From contig OZ316896.1 in assembly GCA_973895155.1 (NCBI GenBank), forward strand, positions 1,426,001 to 1,490,000: a stretch of 64,000 nt of DNA, written 5' to 3'. Position 1 is the first letter of the stretch. Each line of letters starts with the position of its first letter. Of the stretch, positions 60,772-64,000 are shown in pieces. This DNA comes from Marsupella aquatica. Taxonomy: Eukaryota; Plantae; Marchantiophyta. Both the position numbers and the translations under genes were made by a program. The notes beneath the pieces are model-generated. The model was not told the DNA's origin. It saw only the letters and a list, made by a program, of their open reading frames with translations, and made no database searches.

Positions 60772-63700
60772 CTACACTACAATTAGAAGATAGAGGATGG
60801 CATTGAGTGCCACTAAGAGGAAGTTTGTGGAAATATGAGAGCTACAAGCTGGAACTACTTTTGATGTGGGGGTTGGGCCAGGTGCAAGTGCTAATAAGCC
60901 TAGAAGGGGAGACTCTGGAACCACTAGAAGTGGACTAGGTGCTGCTGCAGGAGAATACAAGATTGTTTGGGTGCTCAAGACACCACGACGGACTAGCGGT
61001 ATTGAATAGTTCACCGTGCTCGATTGGAGCCCGTTTCCAAGACATTGGTTACCTGCACATCATCACCAGTTGAATTCAATGGAGTTAGAGTGAGACTGCA
61101 TCTTTGTGAGGAACCTGCTTCCATGGGTCATTTCCAAACTTCTGGCATCTTGTGAAAACAAAATAATGGGCATTTCATTCATGTGATGACACAAAGAAGT
61201 ACCATCAAAGTAAGGTTCTTACAACTCAAAAAGTGTCACATGCCATCACAGTGTTGTTGACATATTAGTCACAACACTAATATGTCAACAAAAAAGGGTA
61301 TAAAGAGAGGGAGACTGAAAGGGAAAATCCAGAGAGAGAGGGGGAGAGACAGAATACCTAGATAGTTTTTAACAGTCGTTGGGAAATCGGTGATAATACC
61401 GTCAATTCCATCATTCATCAAAGAGTAGAGCTCCAAAGTGGCATCTGCCCGAAAGTCAAAAGCAAGTGCAACGAATTCGTTTTTCTGGACCTCAAAGAAA
61501 GTCGTCAAGTTCTGCTCATGCGCCAACGCAATCACATCTGTCGGAGGACTGCTCAGGAAATAGTTCGAGTTCATTGGTTCCACCAGTCTCGCGTTGAAAC
61601 TTACCGAAGACGCGTACTTCTTAATTTCCACAAAATCGTTCGCATTCAATGAGATGGGATTGAGGTTGTCATATAGAATTTCGTACATGAGGGGATAGGG
61701 GACATTCAATTCACGAAGTCGGGCAAGAGCAGAGCTGTCCTCAGACTGTAGAATCACTTTACTTGCGCTGTTATACCCAGCTGCAGAAAGAGCACCCGCT
61801 ACCGCATCGACAACAGCCAAATTGTGAGCATCTCTGATGTACACAGCATTCTGCACACAGTACGAGATCGTCAACGTATGGAGATAAACGTGTATGTTGT
61901 ACTAAATTCACGTCTGTCATCCTACTAAGGAATGCATAGTCACCTACTAGCAATCAGAGTACGTAGTTGTGGATTATCAGCACTAACTATGATGTCCACT
62001 TCTTCGTTCAATGCTACTCCACACTTTGTCCCAATGTCTCTCGTGCTTGAAAATGTTGACAGCCCTTCAGAGCATGGAGATTTGAAGTGCAGGAGGTTCG
62101 CCCCCAATCACGAGAGTAACAAGATTGAGTTGGTCCTTTTTACTACTATGTGGGAGTCAGATTTAATCTTTCACTGAGGTCCCAAATTTAGGGCCCTAGC
62201 CCTGTCCTGCATTTGTACCCAACAAACCAAATTCTCATAGTTCAATTGATCATTAAACCTCGGTTTAGGATTTTGCTCAACGAGTTCATTCTAGCCTTCA
62301 TAGAGAACACATTCTTTACCAGATTCAATCCATACTTGCCGTTGCTCACATATAGTACTTTTTATGCTTTTCCATGGTCCCGCAGAGCACGTACCTGAAT
62401 GCCAATCAGAACACCCATTGAATTGTTGTTTGCTATGGTCAAAAACTCCGCTAACCTAATAATACTAAATTCACCATCATAATTTTTGTCCCGCTCCATT
62501 CCCAGTTCCGGATTGTACATTATCGCTGCACACAGGACAAAAATGAATTCATTTCTTCTGTACGTTGTGCCGCACAATATCGGTACCTCCGCTATAGATG
62601 GTTAACAAGAGGGGGAAATGTGAGAATAACTCTAGGAGATTCATTGTAGAGAACAATCAAGGATAGGTCCCTTTGACAAGCTTGAGGTGCAAAATAAATT
62701 TCTCAAGTAAAATTTTGACATCTTGACGGGCGCCCTGGCTACGCCTTCTGTTTAAATCCTGCATCCAGAAAATGAATCTACAAAACCATGAAGCGTCGAC
62801 GGTATCTCACCTCTCAAAGTATTTATTTGGTCCCAGGTGAGATCAAATGTAAAAACGCCGTTGTTGCCACCATAAAAGCCAGGATACGATTTTAAATATT
62901 GCTGGAACAAAGCACGGGTAGACACGTCTGTGGAAACAATCAGATCAACTGTGGGTCGGCAGAACGGTATGCCATCTTTGGAGATTTGCACAATGCAGTC
63001 AATGTAGTCAACTCCCGCATTAATGGCACTGTAGTATGCAGGAGTGGTGGCACCAGGAAATTGTCCACTGTTCCCATTATGGGAGATCAATGTCGGCTTC
63101 TGGAGAATGGTTTCTGCAGGATTGACATTTAAGGCCATCAAATAGACAGATACTAACTTCAATCAGGATGCAAGCATACTATCAACTATTATAGTTCATG
63201 CTCTAAGAAGAAATCAAGAAAACGCTCGAATCTGACAACATTTATTCCTTTCAAGATACTATAAAGAGTTGCTGCACGTTGAGATTCATGCGTCCAATGT
63301 ACATCGCATTTTAAAGTTAACCCAGTTACATGTGCATCGTCCATGTGTCGCTCCGAAATCACCTGCAATAGCGGTTACCCCATGCACTTACCTAAGGTAT
63401 CATTCTACAAACTATCCACAACCTATCGGCCGTCTTCCCTTTGATATCACACTGTAGTCCAACTTACGTTTGTTTTGAAGAGAACTGTTCCGTGAATTCG
63501 AGGCATAACAACCTACAGTTCATACGCAAATTCCACACCTTAGGACTAGTCATTGTCAATTGTTCATCCAATATGTTCAAAAAGAACACAAGACTAACAA
63601 TTCAGAAATCCACTTTTACTCTAACGCTTGCACTCATCCGGCAGGCTCAGTATGACTCCAACTTCCAGAGAACTGAGATTTGACCTTCTAAAGAAATAGC

Positions 63701-64000
63701 AGCATTGGTAGACAAATACTTACTTATGGCTTCGGATGCTGTTATTGGGAAGTCTGTGAAAAAACCATCCACTGAGAAATTATTCGTTTCGGTGTAGTAC
63801 AAAATTTCAGTAATTGGGTCAAAAGTGTAATTGTAACTGTTTGGATACTGGTCATTCGCAAAATCATAAGCGTAAACTTCAAGTCCAACCTTGTGAGCAT
63901 CTCCAACAAGAGTGGAAGGTGCCTGGAGATACTTGGTCTTTGGGTCAAATGACCAAATGTAACTTTTTGGGACGAGGATCCCAGATGCTAACGTTTTGAT
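60772..64000 (-). CDS. GDPDL: Glycerophosphodiester phosphodiesterase-like protein (GDPDL/SHV3 type), GPI-anchored, 5'-truncated by the window. Exons >64000-63724, 63512-63468, 63113-62811, 62525-62395, 61850-61358, 61052-60772
   Basis: End of the first GDPD domain FSVDGFFTDFPITASEAI. Second domain LISHNGNSGQFPGATTPAY..GVDYIDCIVQISKDGIPFC, GVFTFDLTWDQI, VILQSEDSSAL, DGIITDFPTT. Pro-rich linker and hydrophobic C-terminus NFLLVALNAILYLLIVV*. All junctions are GT-AG and phase-consistent. Confidence 0.92.

Overview
Eukaryotic nuclear DNA from a seed-free land plant. It is most likely a bryophyte and probably a liverwort (inference from GT-AG spliced genes, a CC-type ROXY glutaredoxin and an intact ciliary IFT52 gene). 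Gene order: 3' part of a RAY1-like GT77 arabinofuranosyltransferase (+); a GPI-anchored GH17+X8 beta-1,3-glucanase (+); a ~152-aa hydrophilic orphan/LEA-like ORF (-); a CC-type glutaredoxin ROXY (-); a decayed but nearly complete non-LTR retrotransposon with a restriction-like endonuclease, CRE-clade-like (-); an intronless F-box/kelch gene with internal tandem duplications (-); a ~14-exon IFT52 (-); and the 3' half of a SHV3/GDPDL-type GPI-anchored phosphodiesterase-like gene (-). Intergenic DNA holds a Mutator-type MITE with a 10-bp TSD, Copia-LTR-like remnants, several tandem and palindromic arrays (46.4-52.5 kb) and microsatellites. Most short ORFs in the supplied track are spurious. I found no CRISPR array, tRNA or rRNA. 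I cannot support a clearly new multi-gene system. The best leads are the RLE-type retroelement, the TGACG/as-1 cluster upstream of ROXY, the repeat- and hairpin-dense block beside the F-box gene, and a GTAC-dense segment near 4.0-4.8 kb. All exon coordinates were derived by hand.
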